Virus record (IMG/VR): IMGVR_UViG_3300021964_000224 | Span: 1 to 35,386 of that record | DNA from: a virus | Taxonomy: Duplodnaviria; Caudoviricetes | Direction: 5' to 3' (one strand) | Length of the DNA: 35,386 nt | Part shown: positions 1-7,758 of the stretch, piece after piece | How positions within the stretch are numbered: position 1 is the first letter of the stretch | Layout of the letters: each line of letters opens with the position of its first letter | Notes under the pieces: model-generated | Database searches by the model: none | Seen by the model: only the letters and a program-made list of their open reading frames with translations | What the model was told of the DNA's origin: nothing | Made by a program: the position numbers and the translations under genes

Positions 1-177
1 TTTTACATGTTGGGCCACACACCGACAGCAGAAGGTGTGCGCGAATCGACGCTCGTCGAACTGCTTGATCGCATCGAGAACGAAGTCGTCGTGTACGACG
101 ACACCACCGACGTCGTTGATGTTGAACCCGACCCGATGGAAGCACCGTTCGAACCGGCCTCGGAGACTCTGCTGTGA
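1..177 (+). CDS. Hypothetical protein, 5'-truncated (C-terminal end only)
   Basis: Frame 1 is open from the window edge to TGA at 175-177 (FYMLGHTP...SETLL), with an acidic tail. The stop overlaps the next GTG (GTGA). Confidence 0.6.
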   Translation, partial: FYMLGHTPTAEGVRESTLVELLDRIENEVVVYDDTTDVVDVEPDPMEAPFEPASETLL

Positions 178-425
178 CTGACCGGGCGCGTGTCGAACCT
201 CGCCGGTGGCATCCGTCGCTGCGCTGGGGAGAGACTGGCGACCCGAAGCAGGACGACATCCGCGGCGGCGAAATCAGGTTCGGTTATCTCGACGGTGAAC
301 CTTGCGCGTTCATTGTGCAGGCCGGACAAGTCGTGTACGTCCCTCGCCATCTGCTCGTCATCGCGTACGTCGACGGTTGGCAAGGCGATCACACGAGCGA
401 CGCGGTACGCGCCATACTTGACTGA
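174..425 (+). CDS. Hypothetical protein (83 aa)
   Basis: GTGA-coupled to the upstream ORF, with GGAG upstream and GC3-rich codons. Confidence 0.6.
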   Translation: MTDRARVEPRRWHPSLRWGETGDPKQDDIRGGEIRFGYLDGEPCAFIVQAGQVVYVPRHLLVIAYVDGWQGDHTSDAVRAILD

Positions 426-433
426 TGGATGCT

Positions 434-464
434 CCCCGAGCCGGGAACACGAACCGGCTCGGGG
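434..464. terminator. GC-rich stem-loop, possible terminator
   Basis: Perfect 11-bp stem ccccgagccgg / ccggctcgggg with a 9-nt loop just after the stop at 425. There is no U-tract. Confidence 0.4.
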
Positions 465-591
465 CAGCACCACAACGGTGTGGAGGGGCACCGTGAACAT
501 GATCGTAGCACGCGACTGTGCCCGACCATCTCGACACGAGATACAGTCGCGACCCGAACGTCCAATGGAGGGACATGATGGAGACAACCTT

Positions 592-1314
592 ATGAGTCTG
601 CGCGCTATGGCGTGGGCGTGGGCACAGGACACGAAGTCATCAGGTGAACGGCTCGTCCTGTTGGCGCTCGCAGATCACGCCGGTGAGGACGGAGAGTGCT
701 ATCCGCACACCGCGCGTCTCGGCGAGAAGTGTGCGCTCGACCGTAAGACGGTACAGCGGCATCTCATCGCGCTCGATGAGCGGGGTCTCGTCGAGAAGTT
801 GTATCGCCGGAAACGCGGCGACGGTCGGCTGTCAGGCTGGCAGTATCGGCTCGCGCTCGACAACCCAGAGGGGACGCCGATGCCCTCACAAGAGGGGGCA
901 CCGATGCCCTCACGAGAGGGGACGCCGACGTCCCGTCAAGACGGGGCACCCATGCCCTCGCTTGAACCGTCAAGTATTAACCGTCAACCTGAACCGTCAA
1001 ATGAACTAGCGGTCGTCGACGACTGGGCGGAGTGGTGGGCGCAGTACCCGCGCAAGACCGGCAAGGCCGCTGCTGAGAAAGCATGGCGACGACGCACGAA
1101 CACCGAGCAGCAAGCCGCGCTCGCCGCGCTCCCACTTCACGTCGCCTACTGGACGGCAGCAGGAACAGCCACCCACTTCATTCCGCACCCGGCGACATGG
1201 CTCAACGGTCGCCGGTGGGAAGATGAACTACCCGAACCCAATCAACAGAACCGCCGGGAAGCACCCGGCATGAGCATGGTGCGTCGCCTGCTCGAAGGAG
1301 GAAACCATGAGTGA
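592..1314 (+). CDS. Phage replication initiator (N-terminal winged HTH, lambda O-like architecture)
   Basis: MSLRAMAWAW...ERLVLLALADHA...CYP...L...CALDRKTVQRHLIALDERGLV is the typical HTH N-terminus. The C-terminus has WWAQYPRKTGK..A.KAW...FIPHPATWLNGRRWEDE. GGAGA SD precedes ATG 592, and internal iterons are present. Confidence 0.85.
   Translation: MSLRAMAWAWAQDTKSSGERLVLLALADHAGEDGECYPHTARLGEKCALDRKTVQRHLIALDERGLVEKLYRRKRGDGRLSGWQYRLALDNPEGTPMPSQEGAPMPSREGTPTSRQDGAPMPSLEPSSINRQPEPSNELAVVDDWAEWWAQYPRKTGKAAAEKAWRRRTNTEQQAALAALPLHVAYWTAAGTATHFIPHPATWLNGRRWEDELPEPNQQNRREAPGMSMVRRLLEGGNHE
867..1000 (+). repeat. Putative replication origin: four 24-bp iterons plus three AACCGTCAA repeats
   Basis: Units start at 867, 891, 915 and 939 (consensus agaggggrcrccgatgccctcac). 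AACCGTCAA lies at 965, 979 and 992 in a relatively AT-rich tract inside the initiator gene. Confidence 0.75.
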
Positions 1315-1531
1315 AGTCAACCACGAAATGATCCATGCTGCGATCGCCCGCCGTGAGGTGTGGGTCGCGGTGTCCGGACTGCGACGCCGTGCCAAACTGA
1401 TCGCGTGGGAACCGCACCGCTCGGGTCGCCGACTCAAAGGCAAGGCGCGAGTCGAGTTCACATCCGGCAACCGCGCGACCGTCAACACCAGCACCATCGA
1501 ACTCGTTGAGGAGACCGCCGATGGATCATAA
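1307..1531 (+). CDS. Hypothetical protein (74 aa)
   Basis: Strong AGGAGG SD, overlapping the initiator stop. Confidence 0.75.
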   Translation: MSEVNHEMIHAAIARREVWVAVSGLRRRAKLIAWEPHRSGRRLKGKARVEFTSGNRATVNTSTIELVEETADGS

Positions 1532-1916
1532 CCACGCTACGAAGATCGTCGGCTATCTCGTCGCCGGGACGACAGGCTGGAACGACGAAGCGGTGTTGGT
1601 GTACGTCGACGAGTTCTCCAAGACCAGCGACGCGGCCGCGCTCGAAGCCGCTGTACGCAAAGTCGTTCAGACATGGACAGAAGCACGCCGCCCGCCGGTC
1701 GCTGTCATCCTTGACGCCTACCGGACGGAACTCTCGGCGCGCCGCCCGACCCGCGCCGCGCTACCCAGTCGTGAACGTGTCATCTCGCCGAGCGAAGGAA
1801 TCCCACTTGCTCGCGCCGCGTACGAACAGGAATGCCGACGGCTCGGCCGGACACCTGACTTCGACCGGTTCGACAAGATCATCGGCCGCATCGCGACCCG
1901 CTCCATGCCGACATGA
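1521..1916 (+). CDS. Hypothetical protein, possible helicase loader/inhibitor-like
   Basis: GAGGAG SD before ATG 1521 (MDHNHATK). The helical pattern ending W..ARRPPVA and the position near the initiator suggest the function, which is inference only. Confidence 0.5.
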   Translation: MDHNHATKIVGYLVAGTTGWNDEAVLVYVDEFSKTSDAAALEAAVRKVVQTWTEARRPPVAVILDAYRTELSARRPTRAALPSRERVISPSEGIPLARAAYEQECRRLGRTPDFDRFDKIIGRIATRSMPT

Positions 1917-2275
1917 AACGGTCGCCGCTGAACAGACGCACACCGCTCGCCCGCGGCGCAGCACCGCAGCGACGGACACGACTCAACCCGGTGTCGAAGA
2001 AACGGCAGGCACTCAACCGGGCGCGCCGCGAGTTCGTCGCCGGTCTGCTCGCACAGCGGCCACGGTGCGAAGCGGGCGCGTTGATCCTGCCGGTCGATCA
2101 TCGGCATCGCTGCGCGGTGTGGTCAGTCGATGTGCACGAGGTCGTCACCCGTGCTCGTGGCGGCGACATCCTCGACCCGGACAACTGTCGAGCGATCTGC
2201 CGAGCGTGTCACGACTGGATACACGGCCACCCGGCGGACGCGACGACGCTAGGACTCCTAGCACCAAACCGCTAA
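1913..2275 (+). CDS. HNH endonuclease
   Basis: CE...C...DVHEVVTRARGG...DPDNCRAICRACHDWIH motif, a basic MKRSPL N-terminus and an ATGA overlap. Confidence 0.85.
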   Translation: MKRSPLNRRTPLARGAAPQRRTRLNPVSKKRQALNRARREFVAGLLAQRPRCEAGALILPVDHRHRCAVWSVDVHEVVTRARGGDILDPDNCRAICRACHDWIHGHPADATTLGLLAPNR

Positions 2276-2367
2276 CCGCAATATTTCGCGTTAGGGTTGC
2301 GCGACGCGGTTCTGTCAGTAATACTTAAGGCATGGGAGAGAACACGAACCGGAAGGAGAATCCCATG
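2268..2367 (+). promoter_or_regulatory. Conserved cassette promoter/leader element, copy 1
   Basis: GCTAA-N15-TTAG, TTGCGC (2297-2302), 17 bp, AATACT (2320-2325), ATG 2332, leader GGGAGAGAACACGAACCGGAAGGAGA, ATG 2365. Confidence 0.85.
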
Positions 2368-2568
2368 ACCACAGCACACCGCTACGCGCACATCACCGAT
2401 CTGGACGAGGAAGGCGTCTCGATTCACTTCGACCTCTGCAGTCCTTGCGCCAAGATTCTCGACGCCGAGGACGCGATCGACAATCGCGACCCGATGGAGT
2501 GTCCCGTCGTCGATTACGACGAGGGTTACCGCTGCGACCGCTGCGACCGCCGCATCTCATTGTCCTGA
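2365..2568 (+). CDS. Small Cys-rich hypothetical protein (cassette 1)
   Basis: AAGGAG SD. CSPC and CDRC pairs suggest zinc binding. An alternative in-frame start lies at 2332. Confidence 0.75.
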   Translation: MTTAHRYAHITDLDEEGVSIHFDLCSPCAKILDAEDAIDNRDPMECPVVDYDEGYRCDRCDRRISLS

Positions 2569-2595
2569 CAATCACGATCCAACAAGGAGAAACCA

Positions 2596-2973
2596 ATGCT
2601 TGATTCACCGACCACCAGCATCGACACGCTCATCGAGCGCATCCGCAACGAGGACGAGTTCGTTACGCTCGCCCGCCGCTGCGATGAACTCAACCGCACG
2701 CACCGCGACCTGCTCACCGCGCTCAACCGTCTACGCGACAAGATCGACAACATCGCCGACAACAGCCGCACGTTCTACACGCAACTGGTGACCGGCGAGG
2801 TCATGGAATCGCCGCGACTCGCCGCCGACACGGTCGACCGGTTGATGACGAAGCAGAACAACTTGACGACCTCGATCTACGAGATCGCCGGAATGTACGG
2901 CATCATCGACGACATCGCCGAAGTGCTGATCGACGTCATCCTCGTCGACGCGGCGAACGGACTGCGTTTCTAA
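2596..2973 (+). CDS. Hypothetical protein (cassette 1)
   Basis: AAGGAG SD, 125 aa, helical/coiled-coil-like. Confidence 0.8.
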   Translation: MLDSPTTSIDTLIERIRNEDEFVTLARRCDELNRTHRDLLTALNRLRDKIDNIADNSRTFYTQLVTGEVMESPRLAADTVDRLMTKQNNLTTSIYEIAGMYGIIDDIAEVLIDVILVDAANGLRF

Positions 2974-2990
2974 TCCGATCCGACACGACC

Positions 2991-3037
2991 CAGCCCCGGT
3001 GCGCCGCCCCCCGGCACACCGGGGCTGTTGTCGTTTT
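2991..3037 (+). terminator. Intrinsic terminator closing cassette 1
   Basis: Stem cagccccggtg...caccggggctg followed by ttgtcgtttt. Confidence 0.75.
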
Positions 3038-3053
3038 CGGGTAGCATCGGCGC

Positions 3054-3422
3054 GTGGAGTGGATCATCACCGATCGTGAACGTCCGTGGACAGCGAACGC
3101 CGAACGACGGATGCATCACCACGAACGCGCTCGACGTGTCCGCGAGGCACGCACCCGCTGGGCATGGCTCACAATGGCGGAGAAAGTGCCGCGCCTCGAT
3201 GTCATCTCGATCACCGCGCAGCCGCTCGCCCGGTCGCGTCGCTGGCGCGCTGACGTCGCCGCGTGCTACCCGACGGTCAAGGCCGCGATCGACGGCATCG
3301 TCGACGCCGGTGTCATCGACGACGACGACGACCGGCATCTGCTCGCCGTCACGTTCTACCCGGTGCGGGTCGCCGGAGTGGACGGACTCACCATCACGAT
3401 CATCGACGAAGGAGAACAATGA
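3054..3422 (+). CDS. rusA: RusA-like Holliday junction resolvase
   Basis: PWTAN.ERR.H, D.....PTVKAAIDGIVDAGVIDDDD motif. The GTG is probably leaderless, 6 nt after TAGCAT (3042-3047). Confidence 0.75.
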   Translation: MEWIITDRERPWTANAERRMHHHERARRVREARTRWAWLTMAEKVPRLDVISITAQPLARSRRWRADVAACYPTVKAAIDGIVDAGVIDDDDDRHLLAVTFYPVRVAGVDGLTITIIDEGEQ

Positions 3423-3766
3423 CCGCCGTAGACATCCGGTCGGCCGCAGACGTCGAGGAGCGAATCATCCGGCTCTCCGACGTGCTCGAAGAAGAAACCG
3501 AACGGTACGCCGACCTCGCCGAGCAACGCGCCGAAGCAGAATCCGACTACAAGTACCGGCACTCGCGCGCCCTAGTCGAACAGGCAGGCAAGATACCGGT
3601 CGCTACCAAAGACGCTGTGGCACATCTCCGCGCCTCAGACGACTATCGTCGCTGGAAGATTCTCGAAGCACGCGAGAAGGCAACACAACAGAAACTGATC
3701 GCGGCTCGCAGCCAACTGGATGCGCTCCGCACCGTCGCAGCGAACGTGCGCGCCGCAACCCGATAA
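3419..3766 (+). CDS. Hypothetical coiled-coil protein
   Basis: AAGGAG SD and ATGA overlap with rusA, starting MTAVDIRS. Confidence 0.75.
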   Translation: MTAVDIRSAADVEERIIRLSDVLEEETERYADLAEQRAEAESDYKYRHSRALVEQAGKIPVATKDAVAHLRASDDYRRWKILEAREKATQQKLIAARSQLDALRTVAANVRAATR

Positions 3767-3776
3767 GGAGAACCAC

Positions 3777-4436
3777 ATGAACGAGTACGAGATCGTGCCG
3801 GTCGGCAGCATCGACACACACCCGGAGAACGCACGGCGCGGCAACATCGCCGAGATCGCCGACTCGATTCGAGCGCACGGATTCTACGGGTCGCTCGTCG
3901 TTCAGAAGTCAACGAACAGAATCATCGTCGGCAACCACCGTTACCGTGCCGCGGTCGACGCCGGACTTGACGCTGTGCCTGTCGTGTTCGTCGACGTCGA
4001 TGACGACGAAGCGCGCCGCATCATGCTCGTCGATAACCGCTCAACCGACCGGGCGTCGTACGACGACAGCCGCCTGCTGGAACTCCTCGGCGAACTTCCG
4101 TCGCTTGACGGCACCGGCTACGACGACGACGACCTTGATGACCTGATGGCGCTCGTCGACGAGTCACCTATCCCGACGGTGCCGACACCGAGCGGCGGCG
4201 ACCCAGACGGCAAACATGCTGGCACGCCGGGCGAAGGCGCGTGGCTACAACCCACGTTCGACGACAAGAAGGACGAGTACATGAACCGGTCGACCCGGTC
4301 GATCATTCTCACGTTCACGCTCGACGAGTACGACGAGATCGTCGGTGGCCTCACCGCGTTGCGGTCGGCAATGTCGATCGAGTCGAACGCCGAAGTGTTG
4401 CGTGTCCTCGTCGCGGAGCGGGTCGCGAAGTCGTGA
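3777..4436 (+). CDS. ParB/Srx-like N-terminal domain protein
   Basis: HPENARRGN...IADSIRAHGF...IIVGNHRYRAA...VPVVFVDVDDDEARRIMLVDNR, with an AAGGAG SD. Confidence 0.85.
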   Translation: MNEYEIVPVGSIDTHPENARRGNIAEIADSIRAHGFYGSLVVQKSTNRIIVGNHRYRAAVDAGLDAVPVVFVDVDDDEARRIMLVDNRSTDRASYDDSRLLELLGELPSLDGTGYDDDDLDDLMALVDESPIPTVPTPSGGDPDGKHAGTPGEGAWLQPTFDDKKDEYMNRSTRSIILTFTLDEYDEIVGGLTALRSAMSIESNAEVLRVLVAERVAKS

Positions 4437-5266
4437 ATGAGATAACTATTGAGCCGCTGCCGTACGACGCTTTCGATGATCTGATAACGCAGCCGCCACC
4501 CGCGGAGGTCGATACGACGAGCGGACCGGTGCTAATGCGCGCCACCGCCGGGTTCCTGCTCGCCGCGATCTTGCCGTACGAAGGTGATCTATCTGCCTAT
4601 CGGCGTGCCTGCATCGAATACGTCTTCGACGCTAACGGTGTGATCCGCGGGTCAGGTATCTCGAACAGGGCGCAGGTGTTCGGCTACGTCGGACGTAATC
4701 CGCTGCTCGGCCGGTATGGCTGTTCGGTGACGTCGGGTGCCCGTAGACACCCGGAGGCTCACGCTACGTTGTGCGCTGCCGGGGAAACGCTCGCCGACAT
4801 GATGCGCCGCCATCTTCCCGAGGTCGTTCCGCAACAAGAAATCGAGATGCAGAAAGTGCATGCCGACTGGACGTTGCCGGGCGGGTTCTGGACGTCCGGG
4901 GTCTTGAACGAAACATCGGAACTGCCGTACCACTACGACCGTAACAACCTTGACGGCTGGTCAGCAATGGTGACGATACGTCGCCACACCCGCGGCGGAC
5001 ATCTGCATGTACCGGCGCTCGACACCGCGTTCCGGTTACGCGACGGCGACGTGCTGTTCTTCAACGGTCGACGGTTACTCCACGGTGTGACACCAATCCA
5101 GAAACTTCGCGACGACGCATACCGGTACACCTCGGTCTATTACCCGGTCAAGAAGTTGACGCGATGCCTGCCGTGTGATGAGGAGATCGCGGCGGCGCGT
5201 CGACGCTCCACCGAAGCCGAAACGAACCGTCGAGCACGACACGCCGCCGCTAACGACAACGACTGA
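4433..5266 (+). CDS. 2OG-Fe(II) dioxygenase, TET/JBP-like
   Basis: FWTSGVLN...LPYHYDRNN (HxD), GGHLHVP, DGDVLFFNG..LLHGVTPI (distal H), RYTSVYY (2OG-binding R). GTGA-coupled to the ParB-like gene. Confidence 0.8.
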   Translation: MNEITIEPLPYDAFDDLITQPPPAEVDTTSGPVLMRATAGFLLAAILPYEGDLSAYRRACIEYVFDANGVIRGSGISNRAQVFGYVGRNPLLGRYGCSVTSGARRHPEAHATLCAAGETLADMMRRHLPEVVPQQEIEMQKVHADWTLPGGFWTSGVLNETSELPYHYDRNNLDGWSAMVTIRRHTRGGHLHVPALDTAFRLRDGDVLFFNGRRLLHGVTPIQKLRDDAYRYTSVYYPVKKLTRCLPCDEEIAAARRRSTEAETNRRARHAAANDND

Positions 5267-5305
5267 CTAGATACCCACCGGATAGTGGTGGTAACCACGG
5301 TTCGG

Positions 5306-5446
5306 TGTGGCATACTTGTGTTCGTGGGAGACATCGAGCGACATACCGTTGACGCGCGCCACAGCCGCAGCCAACCGGGTTGATCGCCGACCCTCACCGT
5401 TTCGCGTCGACGACGCCATCAACACAACGAACAGGAGACACCGATG
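5306..5446 (+). promoter_or_regulatory. Degenerate sixth copy of the cassette promoter/leader
   Basis: TGTGG-CATACT (5311-5316)-tgtgttc-GTGGGAGA matches the -10/+1 part of the element. The leader ends aacacaacgaacAGGAGAcaccgATG. TTGCGC is absent. Confidence 0.5.
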
Positions 5447-5731
5447 ATCCTTGAATGGGAGATCACCAGAACCGATCAGCCGGGCGGCGCATGGATGTCC
5501 ACCCGGCGTGTCGTCATCGAACAAGTACACGGCGACCCGGAACAGCCAGACACGATGACGGTTGTACGCACCGTGCAAAGCATTCGCCGGGAGGCGTACA
5601 CGACGTTGACGAACGTCCGTCGAGCAGTCGCGGCGGAACTCCGCCTCGATAAGCGCGTCCGGTTCCGTAAGGAATCAGACACGGAATACACCTACACCTA
5701 CAAGCCTGAAACATTCGGAGGCGAATCATGA
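5444..5731 (+). CDS. Hypothetical protein (95 aa)
   Basis: AGGAGA SD and coupling to the next gene. Confidence 0.7.
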   Translation: MILEWEITRTDQPGGAWMSTRRVVIEQVHGDPEQPDTMTVVRTVQSIRREAYTTLTNVRRAVAAELRLDKRVRFRKESDTEYTYTYKPETFGGES

Positions 5732-6147
5732 AAAGGAATGGACGACGCGCACTCATCGAGCGGCCGGACATCAAGAACACGGCACACCTCGATCTGCTCG
5801 ACGCTGTCGAGCGGACGTTGGTGTCGTACCGTTGGGGCATCGCGACGGGGGAACCGTTGACGCAAGCAGAAACAGCCGCAGCGATGAACACGACACGCGA
5901 CACGGTACGTCGTGTCGAAGCAGGAGCAGCACAGAAAATCATTGAGCATCTCCAGTCGACGCCGCGCACCGACCCGGTGCCCGTATCAGAGATCGCGTCG
6001 CTCCGCGTCCGCGTTGACGAGTTGTCTCGACGGCTCGACGTGCTCGCCACCCTCGACGAGATTCTCGCGGACGTCATCGTTGACGTCACGCATCTCACCG
6101 AGATCGTCGAACAGCCGAAGCGTCGCCGCTTCCGCCGCAAGTCGTGA
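5728..6147 (+). CDS. Sigma-70 region 4-like HTH DNA-binding protein
   Basis: LDAVERTLVSYRWGIATGEPLTQAETAAAMNTTRDTVRRVEAGAAQKI resembles sigma region 4 (ER.vl.lRfGl...TL.EIa.......rVRQIE..Al.KL). GGAGG SD. Confidence 0.7.
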   Translation: MKRNGRRALIERPDIKNTAHLDLLDAVERTLVSYRWGIATGEPLTQAETAAAMNTTRDTVRRVEAGAAQKIIEHLQSTPRTDPVPVSEIASLRVRVDELSRRLDVLATLDEILADVIVDVTHLTEIVEQPKRRRFRRKS

Positions 6148-6283
6148 CGCGCCGCAAACACCGCGGTCAGGTCGGCACCGTACTGGCTGACAGCCTCGGC
6201 CGAGACCTACGGTCAAGCGCGGCACGCCGCACACAGCAACAGCGTGTCACCACTCCAGCGCAGTACAGCGTGAGGCGTGTGCC

Positions 6284-6511
6284 GTGACGGTCGACGAGTG
6301 GCTGAAGATCGGTTGGGACAACGGATGGTGTTCACCGCCGGTATGCGGCATACACGACGGCATCCCAATGTCCTACGACGAAGAAGAAGAAGATGAGCCG
6401 TGCGTAACGGTTGTCCGTGTGTATGGGTCGGACGAGACCCGCACCGCTGTCGAGAACGATCACTCGCCGACGGTGTGGCGCGCCCGCGCGCTCGGCTGGC
6501 ACGAAACGTAA
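6284..6511 (+). CDS. Small hypothetical protein with Cys/His motif
   Basis: WLKIGWDNGWCSPPVCGIHDGIP...EPC..VVR. Coding-like composition. Confidence 0.7.
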   Translation: MTVDEWLKIGWDNGWCSPPVCGIHDGIPMSYDEEEEDEPCVTVVRVYGSDETRTAVENDHSPTVWRARALGWHET

Positions 6512-6658
6512 GGCACGCACACGGGTGGCCTGTGATCTTTCATCATGGGCGCGTGCTTCCCTCTCATCGTCGCGCAGGGGCAGACGGTGAGAGGGCGACA
6601 CCCGGTAGCGGCAACGACGTTCAGCGCAACATGATTACGATGAGATACAGGGACAACC

Positions 6659-7465
6659 ATGAGTGATTATCCGTTACGAATCCTGAGCCTCGGTGCTGGC
6701 GTGCAGTCGACGACGTTGCTGCGGATGATTATCCACGGCGAGTTGCCGATGATCGATCACGCGATCTTTAGCGATACCGGCTGGGAACCGCAAGCCGTCT
6801 ACGACCATCTCGACGTGCTGAAAGGCGAGTGCGCCGACGCGGGCATCCCGCTGCACATCGTGTCGAACGGCAACATACGGGAGGACACGCTCGACTTGGA
6901 CAAACGATCAGCCGCCCTACCTGTACATCTGCTCAACCCGGACGGCAGCGAAGCGTTAGCGCGCCGACAGTGCACGGCCGAGTACAAACTCAAACCGCTC
7001 GTCGAAAAGCAACGCGAACTGGCTGGTCTCAAACCCGGCGAGCGTTGCAAGGAGCACCGCATCACCACGATCATCGGTATCTCATGGGACGAGATGCAAC
7101 GAATGAAAGACCCGATGTTCTCATGGATACGTAACGAGTACCCGCTCGTCGACAACTACATCAAACGGCACGACTGCATCCGCTGGAACACCGACCACGG
7201 ATACCCGCCGCCACCGAGGTCGTCGTGCATCGGCTGTCCGTTTCACAGCAACGCAGAATGGCGAGCGATCCGAGCCGACCCTGAACTGTGGGCGGAAGCA
7301 GTCGCGTTCGACGAAGCGATCCGCGCACCACAGAAGAATCGGCAATCCGTCGCGTTCCTTCACCGCCAACGCGTACCGCTCGTCGAAGCCGACATTCGCA
7401 GCGAAGAAGAAAAAGGTCAAGGCACCCTGTTCGACATCGAGTGCGAAGGCATGTGCGGCATCTAA
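6659..7465 (+). CDS. PAPS-reductase-like PP-loop protein (adenine-nucleotide alpha-hydrolase fold)
   Basis: ILSLGAGVQST, IFSDTGWE, RQCT.EYK..P, IGIS.DE..R, YPL, PPRSSCIGCPFH and C-terminal CEGMCGI (Fe-S type Cys motifs). Confidence 0.8.
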   Translation: MSDYPLRILSLGAGVQSTTLLRMIIHGELPMIDHAIFSDTGWEPQAVYDHLDVLKGECADAGIPLHIVSNGNIREDTLDLDKRSAALPVHLLNPDGSEALARRQCTAEYKLKPLVEKQRELAGLKPGERCKEHRITTIIGISWDEMQRMKDPMFSWIRNEYPLVDNYIKRHDCIRWNTDHGYPPPPRSSCIGCPFHSNAEWRAIRADPELWAEAVAFDEAIRAPQKNRQSVAFLHRQRVPLVEADIRSEEEKGQGTLFDIECEGMCGI

Positions 7466-7719
7466 GCGTTGAGACGGCGACGTCGTTTCTCCTCGAACCG
7501 TTGCCGCTCCGTCATGCCACCCCACACTCCCCAATGCTGATGATGTTCAAGCGCGTACTCCAAACAGTCGACCCGCACCGGACACTCAGCACACAACGCG
7601 AGCGCCTTCAACGGCCGTCGACCTGACCGCGGATAGAACCAGTCGATCGGCTCACCACGACACGCAGCCTGCTGCGCCCACACACCCGGCGCAGGAATAC
7701 CATCAGGCAAGTCAATCAC
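7462..7719 (-). CDS. whiB: WhiB family transcription factor
   Basis: W...AACRG...WFYP...CAECPVRVDCLEYAL.....GVWGGMTERQR with four Cys. Start placed at GTG 7719, 7 nt after TAGTAT. Confidence 0.9.
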   Translation of the reverse strand: MIDLPDGIPAPGVWAQQAACRGEPIDWFYPRSGRRPLKALALCAECPVRVDCLEYALEHHQHWGVWGGMTERQRFEEKRRRRLNA

Positions 7720-7758
7720 CCGACGGATACTACACCGCACAGCCACTACGCTTAAGCC
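7720..7758. promoter_or_regulatory. Back-to-back leaderless promoters
   Basis: TAGTAT on the minus strand (7727-7732) lies 7 nt before the whiB GTG. TACGCT on the plus strand (7747-7752) lies 6 nt before ATG 7759. Neither side has an SD. Confidence 0.55.

Noticed and set aside
445-457. GAACACGAACCGG in the hairpin loop region matches the leader of element copy 1 (2340-2352)
   Set aside because: It is a single 13-nt match to only one copy with no promoter context, so it could be chance.
190-591. 134-aa N-terminal extension of the replication initiator given by the ORF track
   Set aside because: It overlaps ORF 174-425 and a hairpin. The HTH domain and a good SD begin at ATG 592. Similar over-long starts were trimmed for other genes (4241, 16758-18173, 28168).
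867-962. 24-bp repeats as a CRISPR array
   Set aside because: They are tandem with no spacers, lie in frame within a coding sequence, and no cas genes are present.
2270-2296. GCTAAC...GTTAGGG just after a stop codon looks like integron attC R''/R' boxes
   Set aside because: It is far shorter than attC sites, has no L boxes, AAC/GTT is not kept in all copies, it occurs once per cassette rather than per gene, and no integron integrase is present in the window.
2319-2339. Resemblance of TAATAC...GGGAGA in the repeated element to the T7 promoter (TAATACGACTCACTATAGGGAGA)
   Set aside because: The middle is 9-10 nt rather than 11 and is the least conserved part between copies. A sigma-70-type -35 sits at 17-18 bp, and no single-subunit RNA polymerase is seen in the window.
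6148-6658. Possible tRNA/ncRNA or extra small genes in the gaps 6148-6283 and 6512-6658
   Set aside because: No cloverleaf or T-loop consensus is recognisable, and the candidate ORFs lack an SD or motif. A covariance-model search would be needed.
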